Positions 30,033-38,547 of a DNA stretch of 64,000 nt are shown here, piece by piece. The notes beneath the pieces are model-generated. The model was not told the DNA's origin and searched no databases. It saw only the letters and a program-made list of their open reading frames with translations. Numbering within the stretch: the stretch's first letter is position 1; each line of letters begins with the position of its first letter. Both the position numbers and the translations under genes were made by a program. The stretch is from Candidatus Firestoneibacteriota bacterium (GTDB taxonomy: Bacteria > Oederibacteriota > D2-FULL-39-29 > JBBTED01), in NCBI GenBank assembly GCA_038042445.1, contig JBBTED010000021.1:68085-132084 (forward strand), read 5' to 3'.

Positions 30033-30854
30033 CTACTTTTTCACCTCGTAGTCATAGAAAAACAACTGCTGACCGTATTTTTCTCTTCCGAAATTTTCAA
30101 CTATTTCCTTTGTTTTTGCAGAAAGCAAAAAATCAAGAAGTATTTTCGCACCCTTTTCATTTACTTTTGAAAATTTTTGCGTATTAACAGGTATTAAACT
30201 ATATAAATTTAACAAATTTTTGTCGTTTTCGAACAAAATGGTTAGACTCAAATTTTTCTTCAAAGAAAGATATGAAGAACGATCAGCCAAACAGTATGCT
30301 TGTTTTTCATCTGCAATTCTTACAGTAGCCGCCATTCCCTGGCCTACTTCAACATACTTTTCTTTATTTGGAGTCCTTTCAGCAATTTTCCAGATTTTTA
30401 GTTCCTTCTTATGTGTTCCAGACTGATCACCGCGAGATACGAACAAAACTGCTTTTTCAGAAATAATTTTAAAAGCATTAGTAATACTCTTTGCAGTCTT
30501 AACTCCTGCAGGATCATTTGCAGGTCCCAAAAGCACAAAATCGTTATGCATAAAAGTTGTACGACTTATTCCATAACCTTCTTCAACAAATTTTTTTTCA
30601 TCGTCAGGACTATGCACCCATAAAATATCTGCTTCTCCATTCATTCCAAGTTTTATTGCCTGTCCTGTTCCAACAGCAATAGGCTTAACTGTATAACCAG
30701 TTTCTGTAGTAAATTTTTCCAGCAAAACATCAAGTAATCCTGTATCCTGCACACTTGTAGTAGTAGCAAGAATGATTATTTTGTTCTCCTGTGCTATTAA
30801 CGGTATTGCTATCAGCATTAAACCCAAAAAAAACAGCATTATTTTCTTAAGCAT
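30033..30854 (-). CDS. Periplasmic oxyanion-binding protein (TupA-like tungstate/molybdate binding protein)
   Basis: Signal peptide. TTTSVQDTGLLDVL...FEKETG and the PBP fold resemble TupA/WtpA-type binding proteins; 273 aa. Confidence 0.6.
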   Translation of the reverse strand: MLKKIMLFFLGLMLIAIPLIAQENKIIILATTTSVQDTGLLDVLLEKFTTETGYTVKPIAVGTGQAIKLGMNGEADILWVHSPDDEKKFVEEGYGISRTTFMHNDFVLLGPANDPAGVKTAKSITNAFKIISEKAVLFVSRGDQSGTHKKELKIWKIAERTPNKEKYVEVGQGMAATVRIADEKQAYCLADRSSYLSLKKNLSLTILFENDKNLLNLYSLIPVNTQKFSKVNEKGAKILLDFLLSAKTKEIVENFGREKYGQQLFFYDYEVKK

Positions 30855-30933
30855 AGCTTTCTCCTATTCAAATCCCCCTATTTCCCCCTTTTTCAAAGGG
30901 GGACTAAAGAGGATCCTTAAATTATATAATTTA

Positions 30934-32040
30934 TTAATAGTTTATCTGTACCATCGCGTTAAACTTATTGTTATTTAAAATATTGTCATCCTTCACAAGA
31001 TAATCCACCAAAAATCTCACAGATTTGTCTGCATAAATATTTACTCCTACAGTATAATAGGATAAATATTTACCATCCCAAATATTTTCATCCCATCTTT
31101 CAAGTCTCACTACAGGAGCAATTAACGACAAATCAGAAGATAGCAATCCAAATGGCTTACCTTCCAGAGTAATTATTGCATCCATAACATCAGAAACTCC
31201 AGTTGAGTTTTTGCCTGCTATATACTCAAGAGTAAAAAACACCATATCTGTCTCATATTTCCCTGACACTCCGTAATGGGTCTCATATTTGCTTCCTGTT
31301 GCTATATAACGATTATAATCAGAAACACTAAATTCCAAATCATTCATAGGTTTTGTAATAAGATACGCGGAGAAATCCTTCATACCATCTGTTTCTGACG
31401 CATAAGTAGTACCATTTATTACCGCAATTCTCCACGAAAGAAGATTTTTGAGACTCTCTCCAGGAAGATTGCCATATAACTGAACGCCATAATCATATTT
31501 TGATGTAATCACCTTAGACATAGATTGCGGTGTATCAAAAACTTTTGATTTTGATGCAGGATAATTGTTCTCAAAACTAAACGGAATTATATATTGCCCT
31601 ATCTTCACCTTTAGCAAGTTTTTATCAGCAACAAAATCTGCCCATAACTCCTTAAATGTAACTGTAGACAAAGATATTGCTGATGATGAAAATTCAGGTT
31701 GTATTTTAAATTCTGTCCATTCATTTAATTTCCAGCTAAATCCCACTCTCGCTGTTTTTATTGCAAACGGTTCCTTTCCTCCAAGAGTAGGATCACTTGT
31801 ATATGAAAATTGAGAATACCCTGAAATTTTATAAACTGGGGATGATTTTTTTATTGCTTCATCAGTTTTATTCTTTTCTGCCTGAACCAAAAGTTCATTT
31901 GCAGTCTTAATATCTTTGCCCTCCAATTCAGTAAGCTGACCTTTTTCAACAAGTTTATCTACAAGAATGTCACATTGTCCTGCAAAAAGATTTGTACTAC
32001 AAATTACTATTACCGCTACTAAAACCATAAACTCCTTCAT
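30934..32040 (-). CDS. Putative outer-membrane beta-barrel porin
   Basis: Signal peptide MKEFMVLVAVIVICSTNLFA, alternating amphipathic beta-strand pattern, C-terminal ...MVQINY aromatic terminus. Confidence 0.45.
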   Translation of the reverse strand: MKEFMVLVAVIVICSTNLFAGQCDILVDKLVEKGQLTELEGKDIKTANELLVQAEKNKTDEAIKKSSPVYKISGYSQFSYTSDPTLGGKEPFAIKTARVGFSWKLNEWTEFKIQPEFSSSAISLSTVTFKELWADFVADKNLLKVKIGQYIIPFSFENNYPASKSKVFDTPQSMSKVITSKYDYGVQLYGNLPGESLKNLLSWRIAVINGTTYASETDGMKDFSAYLITKPMNDLEFSVSDYNRYIATGSKYETHYGVSGKYETDMVFFTLEYIAGKNSTGVSDVMDAIITLEGKPFGLLSSDLSLIAPVVRLERWDENIWDGKYLSYYTVGVNIYADKSVRFLVDYLVKDDNILNNNKFNAMVQINY

Positions 32041-32139
32041 ATCTTACTCCTCCCACTTTTATTTTTGCGATACTATCAAAAATGCTTTTGACAGTTTTTT
32101 ATGAATATGTATTACATCCTACATTTTTCAGTTGTAGTG

Positions 32140-32193
32140 ATAGTCGCAAGCTTTAGCTTGCGGTTTTTCCCGCAGGCTAAAGCCTGCGACTAC
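32140..32193. repeat. MITE-like palindromic element (family D), copy 1
   Basis: TAGTCGCAAGCTTTAGCTTGCGG-N8-CCGCAGGCTAAAGCCTGCGACTAC. The two 24-nt arms are inverted copies, each a local hairpin. A second copy is at 39751-39820 and a half copy at 44247-44269. Confidence 0.7.
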
Positions 32194-32217
32194 CTTTTAT
32201 TTGCTTCTCCTTTCTAT

Positions 32218-32544
32218 CTACAAAATTTCTTTATAGCGTTTATTCACAGATGCTGTTATTTTAGTCTCAATCTTTTCAAATTTTTTCAACAAACCTTTTG
32301 CATAATCAGTCAATACTGCCCCTCCACCTCCTTTCCCTCCTCTGTTTTTAACAAGCAAAATTTTCCCCAATCTTTTTTCTGCTGAATGAATATAACTCCA
32401 TGTATGGCGATACGACATATTTAACTTCTCTGCAGCTTTTTTTATAGAATTTGTTTCAGAAACAGCTTTCAAGATAGCATACCTACCCGGACCAAAAACA
32501 AGATTACCGTCTTTTTCAAACCAGACTTTTACTTTTATTTGCAT
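32218..32544 (-). CDS. ModE-like N-terminal domain (winged HTH) molybdate/tungstate-responsive regulator
   Basis: 108 aa with GRYAILKAVSETNSIKKAAEKLNMSYRHTWSYI...NRGGKGGGGAVLT, which matches the ModE N-terminal domain signature (GGKGGGGA). Confidence 0.75.
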   Translation of the reverse strand: MQIKVKVWFEKDGNLVFGPGRYAILKAVSETNSIKKAAEKLNMSYRHTWSYIHSAEKRLGKILLVKNRGGKGGGGAVLTDYAKGLLKKFEKIETKITASVNKRYKEIL

Positions 32545-32641
32545 AGATTAATAATTCCCGATGTGCGTATTACGCATATCGGGAATTATTTTACCACGTC
32601 CTTTTATATTGGTCAAGTTTTTTTAGTAAAATAGATACTGC

Positions 32642-34039
32642 TTATAGATATGAAATTTTGACACGTTTCTTCTTTTTATCGGTTGGTTCATTGCTTTCTT
32701 CTACTTCTTCTGTATCTTTACCTTTATCTTTTTCTACAATTTCTTCTTCTTTCTGTGCAAGTAAAATATATGCATTGTGTAGTTTTTGCCGAATATCAGT
32801 ATTCTTAGGATCTTTTTTTAGAATTGTTCTATATAATTCTATCGCTTTTTCAATAAAACCATTTTTAATGCTTTCCTCTGCTTTGAAGTGCAAAAAATCT
32901 ATATCATCTGTAGAACTAATAGTTTCTTTAGGCGATTCAACTTCAGATACAACAGAAGTATTTTCTACAACAGGTGCTTTAGGAATTGTTCTCTGCACAT
33001 CTTGCTTTGCTGAAGAAACTGTTTGAGTAATTCCTCCTCCTGATTCTAATGCGTATAACTTTGTTTTAGCATCTTCACAATTAGGATCTAAATTTAATAT
33101 CTTTTGATATATTTGCTTTGCAGAATCAACATTCTTATTTTTAACATATATACCGGCTAATGCTAAATACTGGGTAACAGCACTATCAAGTTTGCCAAGT
33201 GTTTCATAGAAATTTGCGCATTTAGTTCTACCATCTACATTTTCTGGAGATAATTTTATAATTTTATTATATATTTCTTCTGCTTTGTCAGGACTATTCT
33301 GTTTTATAAAAATATTTATAATATTAAGATAGGCAGGAACAGCTTCCCGCATAGAACCTCTTTTTGCATAAACATCTGCCAATCCTTCCAATGCATCTAT
33401 ATCATCAGGTTTTGTTTTTAATATCTTCTCAAATACAGAAGTCGCATCTGGGAATTTACCAATTCTAAGATAAACCGTTCCAAGTTTTGAAAGCGCTTCT
33501 AAATGAGACGGTTTAAATTTTAAAAGATATTCAAATGCATTTATTGCTTCTTGCCATAATTCATGTTTAAATGTAACCATTCCAAGAACAAATTGAGCTT
33601 CAATACTTTTTAGTTCTATTGCTTTTTTAGCATACTCTTCTGCTTTATTTAAATCGTCTTTTTTAAGATATGCCTCTGCAATATTTAAAAATTCTATTTT
33701 AGCTTCCCGTTGCATACCCTCTTTAGCATATAAATCAACCAACTTAACTCTTGTATCCAAAGCTTCAGAATCAAACTCTAAAACCTTTTGATAAAATTTT
33801 ACTGCTCCTTTGTTAAGCTTGCTATCATAATAAGCATTAGCAATAAAAAGATATTGTTCTGCTGCTTTGGAATTTAAACCTTTAGCAGCATAACATTCAG
33901 CCAATTTTAAAACTACATTAGCATTTTGTGGATCAAGTTTCAAAGCTTCTTCAAAAAGAGAAATGGCTTTATCCATATCTCCACTTTGAAAACAGGCACT
34001 TCCATCATCCAATAATTTCTTAATATCTTCCTGTGACAT
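32642..34039 (-). CDS. TPR repeat protein with acidic/basic C-terminal tail
   Basis: Multiple TPR motifs over 465 aa. The C-terminus is EE/KK-rich low complexity. Confidence 0.6.
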   Translation of the reverse strand: MSQEDIKKLLDDGSACFQSGDMDKAISLFEEALKLDPQNANVVLKLAECYAAKGLNSKAAEQYLFIANAYYDSKLNKGAVKFYQKVLEFDSEALDTRVKLVDLYAKEGMQREAKIEFLNIAEAYLKKDDLNKAEEYAKKAIELKSIEAQFVLGMVTFKHELWQEAINAFEYLLKFKPSHLEALSKLGTVYLRIGKFPDATSVFEKILKTKPDDIDALEGLADVYAKRGSMREAVPAYLNIINIFIKQNSPDKAEEIYNKIIKLSPENVDGRTKCANFYETLGKLDSAVTQYLALAGIYVKNKNVDSAKQIYQKILNLDPNCEDAKTKLYALESGGGITQTVSSAKQDVQRTIPKAPVVENTSVVSEVESPKETISSTDDIDFLHFKAEESIKNGFIEKAIELYRTILKKDPKNTDIRQKLHNAYILLAQKEEEIVEKDKGKDTEEVEESNEPTDKKKKRVKISYL

Positions 34040-34138
34040 AATTTTTTAAATATGGTCTGTGTTTTTCCACCAGACCATATTTATCTGGTAATATATATCT
34101 TGTTTTGTGAAAAGTCAAGCTCATAAATAAATCCCCCC

Positions 34139-35191
34139 TTAATCCCCCTTTAACAAAGGGGGTATGGGAGATTTATTAAACCATTGAATAAATTTGCCTA
34201 CTCGCTCTTTAATTATAGAATTAGCTTTTTCAAGCTCCTGCTCTCTATCAGCTATATTCTCATTCACTATTTTTTGCAAATCATCAATATTATACAAATA
34301 AACATTTTCTATTTTATTAACTTCTTCATCTATATCTCTTGGCACAGCAAGATCTATAAAAAATATTGGTCTGTATTTTCTTAAAGGCATTATGGTTTTT
34401 ATATCAGATTTATGAATTATATAATTTTGGGCACTCGTAGAACTTATAACAATGTCAATCTCTCTGATCTTTACAAACTTATCTTCAAATCCAACTGATT
34501 CACCATTAAACTTTTGCGCAAGTTCATCTGCACGAGATATCGTCCTATTGGCAATATAGACTTTTTCAACTCCACGCTCCTGCAAATATTTAAGTGCTAA
34601 TTCACTCATTTCGCCTGCGCCAATTACCATAACTTTTTTGCCTATTAATTCTCCAAATATACGTTCTGCCATATCAACAGCAACAGAACTAAGAGATAAT
34701 GCTCCTTTATTTATACCAGTATTTGCACGAACATATTTACCCGCACCTATAGCATTCTGAAACAAAACATTCAAATATTTAGACGTAAATTTATTAGCCT
34801 GCGCTATAGAATATGCTTTTTTAACCTGACCAAGAACTTCATTTTCACCAATTACCATAGAATCAAGACCACTTGTAACTTTAAAAAGGTGTTCTACTGA
34901 ATAAGGGATTGAATGATAAAAAAATATCTTTTCCAGTTCTGCAATATCTAATTTACCTACTTCAGAAAAAAATTGCTTTGTTTTTTTTATAGTGTCATTT
35001 AAATCCAAAGTTGTACAATATATCTCTGCTCTATTACATGTAGAAAGAACAACACATTCTCCCAAAGAAACTTCTGATTTAATCTTTTCAAGAAAATATA
35101 TTAGTTTATCTTCCTGTATAGAAAATTTTTCTCTTATTTCTACTGGAGCCGTCTTGTGATTTACACCAAAAACCATTATATTTGGATTCAT
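34139..35191 (-). CDS. hemA: Glutamyl-tRNA reductase
   Basis: VLSTCNRAEIYC active-site Cys motif, NAD(P)-binding GAGEM; 350 aa. The last 7 codons (PPLLKGD) are encoded by a GC-rich palindromic repeat. Confidence 0.9.
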   Translation of the reverse strand: MNPNIMVFGVNHKTAPVEIREKFSIQEDKLIYFLEKIKSEVSLGECVVLSTCNRAEIYCTTLDLNDTIKKTKQFFSEVGKLDIAELEKIFFYHSIPYSVEHLFKVTSGLDSMVIGENEVLGQVKKAYSIAQANKFTSKYLNVLFQNAIGAGKYVRANTGINKGALSLSSVAVDMAERIFGELIGKKVMVIGAGEMSELALKYLQERGVEKVYIANRTISRADELAQKFNGESVGFEDKFVKIREIDIVISSTSAQNYIIHKSDIKTIMPLRKYRPIFFIDLAVPRDIDEEVNKIENVYLYNIDDLQKIVNENIADREQELEKANSIIKERVGKFIQWFNKSPIPPLLKGD

Positions 35192-35998
35192 TTAATTATG
35201 AAAATTTGTAGGAAATAATAAATTTATTCCGATAAAAGAAAATATCATAAATACAAAAGATGCTATTATTATCCATGCTATTTTTTTCCCTCTAAAAAAA
35301 CCAAATATATGCAAATGCAATAATATTGCATACGTAAACCATGTTATAACTGAAAAAATTTCTTTAAAACTTCCAGACCAATAAACCCCTTCCAAGTTCC
35401 CAAGCCAAAATGCACCAACTATCATTCCTCCAGTTAAAAATAAAAATCCGATTTTAATAGACTGATAACCTAAATTATCCACAATCTGAAGTGCTGGAAC
35501 AGTTTTTGAAGAAAGTATGTCTGATGCATGCTTCTTGATTTTTCTTTCCTGCCATAGATATAAAATTGCACAAACAAATCCTGCTGTAAAGCCTGCGTAT
35601 CCCAAAAAAGTTAAGGTTGTGTGTACCAACAACCACAAATTTGAGAAATAAATCTCTTGTGGCTGGACTTCTTTTAAAAATATCTTAACCACAAGTAAAA
35701 TCATCGCTATTGGCAACAAAATAAAATTCAATGTTTTTACTTTATATTTCAGAGTTATAACTCCAGTTAAAAACACAAGCATCCACGCATAAAATGGCAA
35801 TGCATTAACTATAGAATTTACTGAAAAACATCCTTCTTTGGAATACTTTAGGACAAAATAGGAAGTATGCAAAATAAATGCAATCCATAGCGTGAATTGT
35901 CCATAGAAATTCAACTCACGTTTATTTATAATTGATTTTATATAACTTGCAAAACTTGCAAGGTAAAACAGCAAACTTATTAAAATAATATTTTCCAT
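35192..35998 (-). CDS. HemX/CcsA-family cytochrome c assembly membrane protein
   Basis: 268-aa polytopic membrane protein directly downstream of hemA, as B. subtilis hemX is. Trp-rich segment GVYWSGSFKEI resembles the CcsA WWD region. Confidence 0.55.
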   Translation of the reverse strand: MENIILISLLFYLASFASYIKSIINKRELNFYGQFTLWIAFILHTSYFVLKYSKEGCFSVNSIVNALPFYAWMLVFLTGVITLKYKVKTLNFILLPIAMILLVVKIFLKEVQPQEIYFSNLWLLVHTTLTFLGYAGFTAGFVCAILYLWQERKIKKHASDILSSKTVPALQIVDNLGYQSIKIGFLFLTGGMIVGAFWLGNLEGVYWSGSFKEIFSVITWFTYAILLHLHIFGFFRGKKIAWIIIASFVFMIFSFIGINLLFPTNFHN

Positions 35999-36081
35999 AA
36001 AGATTTTTAAAACCCAAGAATAGAGCAGACAAGTCTGCCCCTACGGGTCCAATTTGAGTATTATAAAATACATTGAACTTT

Positions 36082-36190
36082 ATGTAAAGAATAAAAAAAC
36101 CACACCTATATAAGTGTGGTTTTTTTAAAACTCCAAACTAACGTGTAATTATCTGCGGATGTGCGGAGAGGTATATTAAACACACCGCAG
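36082..36190 (-). terminator. Bidirectional rho-independent terminator (36100-36127) plus about 65 nt conserved 3-prime UTR module, copy 1
   Basis: AAAAAAACCACACCTATATAAGTGTGGTTTTTTT hairpin flanked by A- and T-runs. The flanking ATGTAAAGAATAAAAAAACC and the AAACTA..CGT..GCGGAGAGGT..AAAC.CACC block recur at 42901-43010. Confidence 0.6.
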
Positions 36191-36233
36191 AAGTATTAAA
36201 ATTTCATCACTATACCGACATAAACACTAATAT

Positions 36234-38519
36234 TTACCAGTTATATTTTAAACCGATGTAGCCAACATGTGCCGTAAAATCCCTAAGGCTGTCGCCCAAA
36301 AAAATTGCGTTGGGACTAGAAACACCGGCTGCTGTTAAACCTGCGACAACAGGGACATTCTCAACGGCAAAATCCTCAACATCAAAAATAGTCAGAATGT
36401 AACCTCCCACCAAAACCAATCCTTCACCAATCGTATATTCCGGACGAATAGCTAATTCCTGGAGTGCGCTCTTGGTATCTGCTGGATCAGTTTCAACCAC
36501 AGTAGTTGTTCCTGGAATATCGCTGACTGTTATTTTTCCCTTGCCTATGGAATAATTGTATCCCACCATAAGACCTAATTTGGACAAAGGAGAAAAATTC
36601 ATATCAACACCGATAGTATGAAAAATATCATTATTTGTAGCTGTCCAATCATTTGCTGCATCTTGAGTAAGCACTGCGCCTGAGACATTAGACCGTTCTG
36701 TTGACTTAACATTTTGGATGTCATAAAGTAAAGAAATATCGAAAGTTTCATCTAACATCCAATCTGCACTTACTGTTCCACCCTGAGCACTGGATTCCAG
36801 AATACCGTACATATAATTGGTATTAGTAGCAATACCACCAGTTAAATCACCTATACCTGGTTTATATTTATCATCACGGTTAAATGCAGCAAGAGAGAGT
36901 CCAATACCGCCAAGGTCTGTCCATTGAACAGTACCCTTAACTTCGTTTCGGTCCCTGTCTGCCACATCCACCCGACGCAATCCAGGAAGCTCAATCAAAT
37001 CGCCTGCAGAGTTTTTATAGTCACTAATCTCAAAATCATCCATTCGCCTTAATCCCAAAATATAACCAGCTCGGACAGAAAACGAGGAAACAGGTCTATA
37101 GACCAGAGTTCCACGCAAAACACTTTCCTTTGTCTTTTCCACCTCACGTTTTGTTCTTTCCATAATCTCAAGACCACCACCAGCCGAAGCAGTCACATTG
37201 GAAAATACATCCATATCAATATCCACATCCAGATTTTGTCTATGAGGACTATAAACCTTGCTAGTATAAATGCTTGAACTCCAGTTCTGGTCAGCGGTTG
37301 CTTTTCCAGGAAAAACGATTTCCACGGTCTTGTTGCTGACTACTTCGGAACGATAACCAACCCTTGTACCCAAAGAATCCCACGGTCTACTGCTTAAAAT
37401 ATAGGATTGATTAAAAATTCCCCTATTACCATTTAGGCTTGAAACAGGCAATGCAGTCGGATCATAGGCATTAACCGTAGGATTGGCATAAGATCCCGGA
37501 ACAATGGCTGTATTAATAGTATAAGGAAGAAAAATTGCGTTTTGTGTCAAAAGAGCATAACTCAAAGTGGTATGAAAATAACTGTTTAATGGAAGATCGA
37601 GCATATTCACGTTAAATGTAGCCATATGCTGAGTATTGTCTGGATAAAGTGAAGTCCGTCCGGATTTTGAATTCGTACCACCACTATAACCAGAGGCAGA
37701 AGCTTGATCAGTCAATCTTTTGGGATTATCCCAAGTCATTTCTGTTACCTTATTGTGAAATAAAGAATATTCGTAAGCAAGATCCACATTCCAATTTTTT
37801 TGCGTCAAAGATGTGTCCAAAGAAAACTTGGTTGTTTCATAATCAACAGGTTCAGGCAACTCAATTGTGAAAAAGCCCAAAGTTCCTCCAATTGCCTTGG
37901 TTCCGGATTTATTCTCACGATTTGCGCTAATTTTGAAGCCAACATCACCCAAACTGGGAAGACCAATATCAAACCCATAGGAATCTCTAAGCAACTTGAG
38001 GGGTACCGCATTTGTATTTTTGGCTAAATCCAACAACAGATCATTGGTTGTGGGAGACGTGGTAGTTGTGGATGCCTGTAGTTTCCGCTGTATCTCATCG
38101 GATAGAGTAAAAACTCCAGCACTGATTTCCGAAAAAGGCGTCCTTGAAATAAGACTAAGAGAATGAGGTGTCTTGTCCCACCATGCGCTAAAGGACAACC
38201 CATTTTCTCGTTTATAAAGAAACCTGGCGAACTGATCATCTCTCATCACGTTTTTAGCAGTGAAAGAAATACCATAATCTGGGCTTTCAAAATCAAGCCT
38301 GTATTTGTTAATAGAAAGCCCTTTAGGAATAACCCGGTATTCTTCAAATTTAGCTTCTTGAACGTCAAGGTTTTTATAGTTAAAACCAAACTCAATCTCC
38401 TGCTTGACGTTTTCCGCGGCAAAAAGAGACCCCGTCATAATTACGAGTGCACACAAAAACAGTATTCGCATTTGTTTTCCCCTCCTCATTAGATTTATAA
38501 CTTCTTCTTCAATTTCCAT
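36234..38519 (-). CDS. MtrB/PioB-like large outer-membrane beta-barrel (porin-cytochrome conduit sheath)
   Basis: 761 aa. Signal peptide (MRILFLCALVIMTGSLFAA), beta-strand periodicity throughout, C-terminal ...GYIGLKYNW. Immediately downstream of a decaheme cytochrome in the same operon. Confidence 0.5.
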   Translation of the reverse strand: MEIEEEVINLMRRGKQMRILFLCALVIMTGSLFAAENVKQEIEFGFNYKNLDVQEAKFEEYRVIPKGLSINKYRLDFESPDYGISFTAKNVMRDDQFARFLYKRENGLSFSAWWDKTPHSLSLISRTPFSEISAGVFTLSDEIQRKLQASTTTTSPTTNDLLLDLAKNTNAVPLKLLRDSYGFDIGLPSLGDVGFKISANRENKSGTKAIGGTLGFFTIELPEPVDYETTKFSLDTSLTQKNWNVDLAYEYSLFHNKVTEMTWDNPKRLTDQASASGYSGGTNSKSGRTSLYPDNTQHMATFNVNMLDLPLNSYFHTTLSYALLTQNAIFLPYTINTAIVPGSYANPTVNAYDPTALPVSSLNGNRGIFNQSYILSSRPWDSLGTRVGYRSEVVSNKTVEIVFPGKATADQNWSSSIYTSKVYSPHRQNLDVDIDMDVFSNVTASAGGGLEIMERTKREVEKTKESVLRGTLVYRPVSSFSVRAGYILGLRRMDDFEISDYKNSAGDLIELPGLRRVDVADRDRNEVKGTVQWTDLGGIGLSLAAFNRDDKYKPGIGDLTGGIATNTNYMYGILESSAQGGTVSADWMLDETFDISLLYDIQNVKSTERSNVSGAVLTQDAANDWTATNNDIFHTIGVDMNFSPLSKLGLMVGYNYSIGKGKITVSDIPGTTTVVETDPADTKSALQELAIRPEYTIGEGLVLVGGYILTIFDVEDFAVENVPVVAGLTAAGVSSPNAIFLGDSLRDFTAHVGYIGLKYNW

Positions 38520-38547
38520 TATTTATATTAGTTTTTTAAAATCTCAA

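Noticed and set aside
29688-30170. 160-aa plus-strand ORF
   Set aside because: It is antisense to the ABC permease/binding-protein genes. It has a low-complexity composition and no start context; typical shadow ORF of an AT-rich minus-strand gene.
32330-32350. G/C-rich run inside the modE-like gene resembling the family B palindrome
   Set aside because: It encodes the conserved GGKGGGGA motif of ModE. It is not a hairpin and not a repeat copy.
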